From: an uncultured Acidobacteriota bacterium
GTDB lineage: Bacteria > Acidobacteriota > Thermoanaerobaculia > Multivoradales > UBA5704
DNA length: 64,000 nucleotides
Direction: 5' to 3'
Assembly (NCBI GenBank): GCA_963700145.1
Contig: OY969474.1
Coordinates: 1,376,001-1,440,000 of the forward strand
Shown here: piece after piece, positions 63,228 through 64,000 of the stretch
Numbering within the stretch: position 1 is the first letter of the stretch
Layout: each line of letters begins with the position of its first letter
The notes under the pieces: generated by a model
Told to the model about the DNA's origin: nothing
Seen by the model: only the letters and a program-made list of their open reading frames with translations
Databases searched by the model: none
Made by a program: the position numbers and the translations under genes

Positions 63228-64000
63228 GCGGCCCCTCCGGTGGCCGCGGGGGTGGCGAGCTTGCGCGGCTCCATCGCCACCCGCAGCTCCGGCACGCGCG
63301 GGTCGCCGCCGGCGAGCGGCTCGGGGCGGCGGGCGACCGGGCCGATCAGCGCCAGCGCCTCCAACACCGCGACCCGCTGCCGCGCCCCGGCGGCGAAGGG
63401 CAGCGTCCGGTCGCGGGTGACGAGCTGCACCTCGTAGCCGCGGGCGAGGGCGTCGACGGCGGCCGTCGCGGCCTCCGAGACCAGGCGCTCGAAGCGCTGC
63501 CGCGCCGCCTCGTCGGGGAGGTCGCCGACGCCGTTGTCGAAGACCACCGCCAGCCGCCGGCTGCGCTCGGCCTCGCGCTCCATGAAGACCAGGTCGCCGG
63601 TGCGCGCCGTCTGCTTCCAGTGGATGCTGCGCGGGTCGTCGCCGCGGCGGAAGGCGCGCAGGGCGTGGAGGTCGTGCCCCCAGCCGGCGCGGCGGGTCGT
63701 CTGGTGGCCGATCGGCGAGGCGCCGTCGCGGCGCGGCGGCGCGGCCCCGAAGAGCTCGGGGTAGACGACGAGCTCGCTCGCGCTGCGGAAGCGGACGCCC
63801 TTCTGGAAGAGGCCGAAGGGGAAGAGGCTGGTGACGTGCGCCGCGGGGAACGGGTGGCGGCCGCGCGCGCCGAGCAGCAGCTCGAGCTGGCCGCGGCTGC
63901 GCCCGCGCCGCGGCAGGTAGGGCACGAGGAGCGGCTGCCCCTGCCGCCCGAGCGAGACGAGGAGGAGCCACCGCCCGGCGAGGCGCCCGGTGTTGTGCAG
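63224..64000 (-). CDS. DUF58 family protein, 5' end outside window
   Basis: FPFGLF, VVYP and [20 protein letters not shown]. Confidence 0.9.
   Translation of the reverse strand: MHNTGRLAGRWLLLVSLGRQGQPLLVPYLPRRGRSRGQLELLLGARGRHPFPAAHVTSLFPFGLFQKGVRFRSASELVVYPELFGAAPPRRDGASPIGHQTTRRAGWGHDLHALRAFRRGDDPRSIHWKQTARTGDLVFMEREAERSRRLAVVFDNGVGDLPDEAARQRFERLVSEAATAAVDALARGYEVQLVTRDRTLPFAAGARQRVAVLEALALIGPVARRPEPLAGGDPRVPELRVAMEPRKLATPAATGGAA

Noticed and set aside
61110-64000. DUF58-transglutaminase pair as a novel system
   Set aside because: This is the well-known MoxR-DUF58-TgpA arrangement; MoxR probably lies beyond the window edge.

Overview
Very GC-rich bacterial chromosomal DNA. The duplicated MacB/FtsX orphan permease, the kinase-TolB-TPR protein and many GT-C membrane proteins suggest Acidobacteriota, possibly Thermoanaerobaculia (inference). 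Core content: a yceD-rpmF-plsX-fabD-fabG-acpP-fabF cluster that lacks fabH and is interrupted by a REC-histidine kinase and a REC-PAS-GGDEF-EAL gene; ETF-QO; several peptidases; a large surface-glycosylation region (five GT4, four to five GT-C-like proteins, a WcaJ-like priming transferase); and a DUF58-transglutaminase pair. Accessory content: four toxin-antitoxin loci (one with a truncated toxin), at least three families of small palindromic REP/MITE-like repeats, and a lipase-CHAT-degenerate metzincin fusion. The most notable unexplained feature is an array of six 29-bp palindromic units at an exact 42-bp period (35262-35500). It lies directly upstream of a small unknown helical protein and divergent from a HicB/DUF6883/DUF4926 cassette. 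Two genes carry single frameshifts (Ser/Thr kinase, PQQ dehydrogenase), which may be assembly errors. No rRNA, tRNA, cas, transposase or integrase genes were recognised. All family calls come from motif recognition by eye, not database searches.
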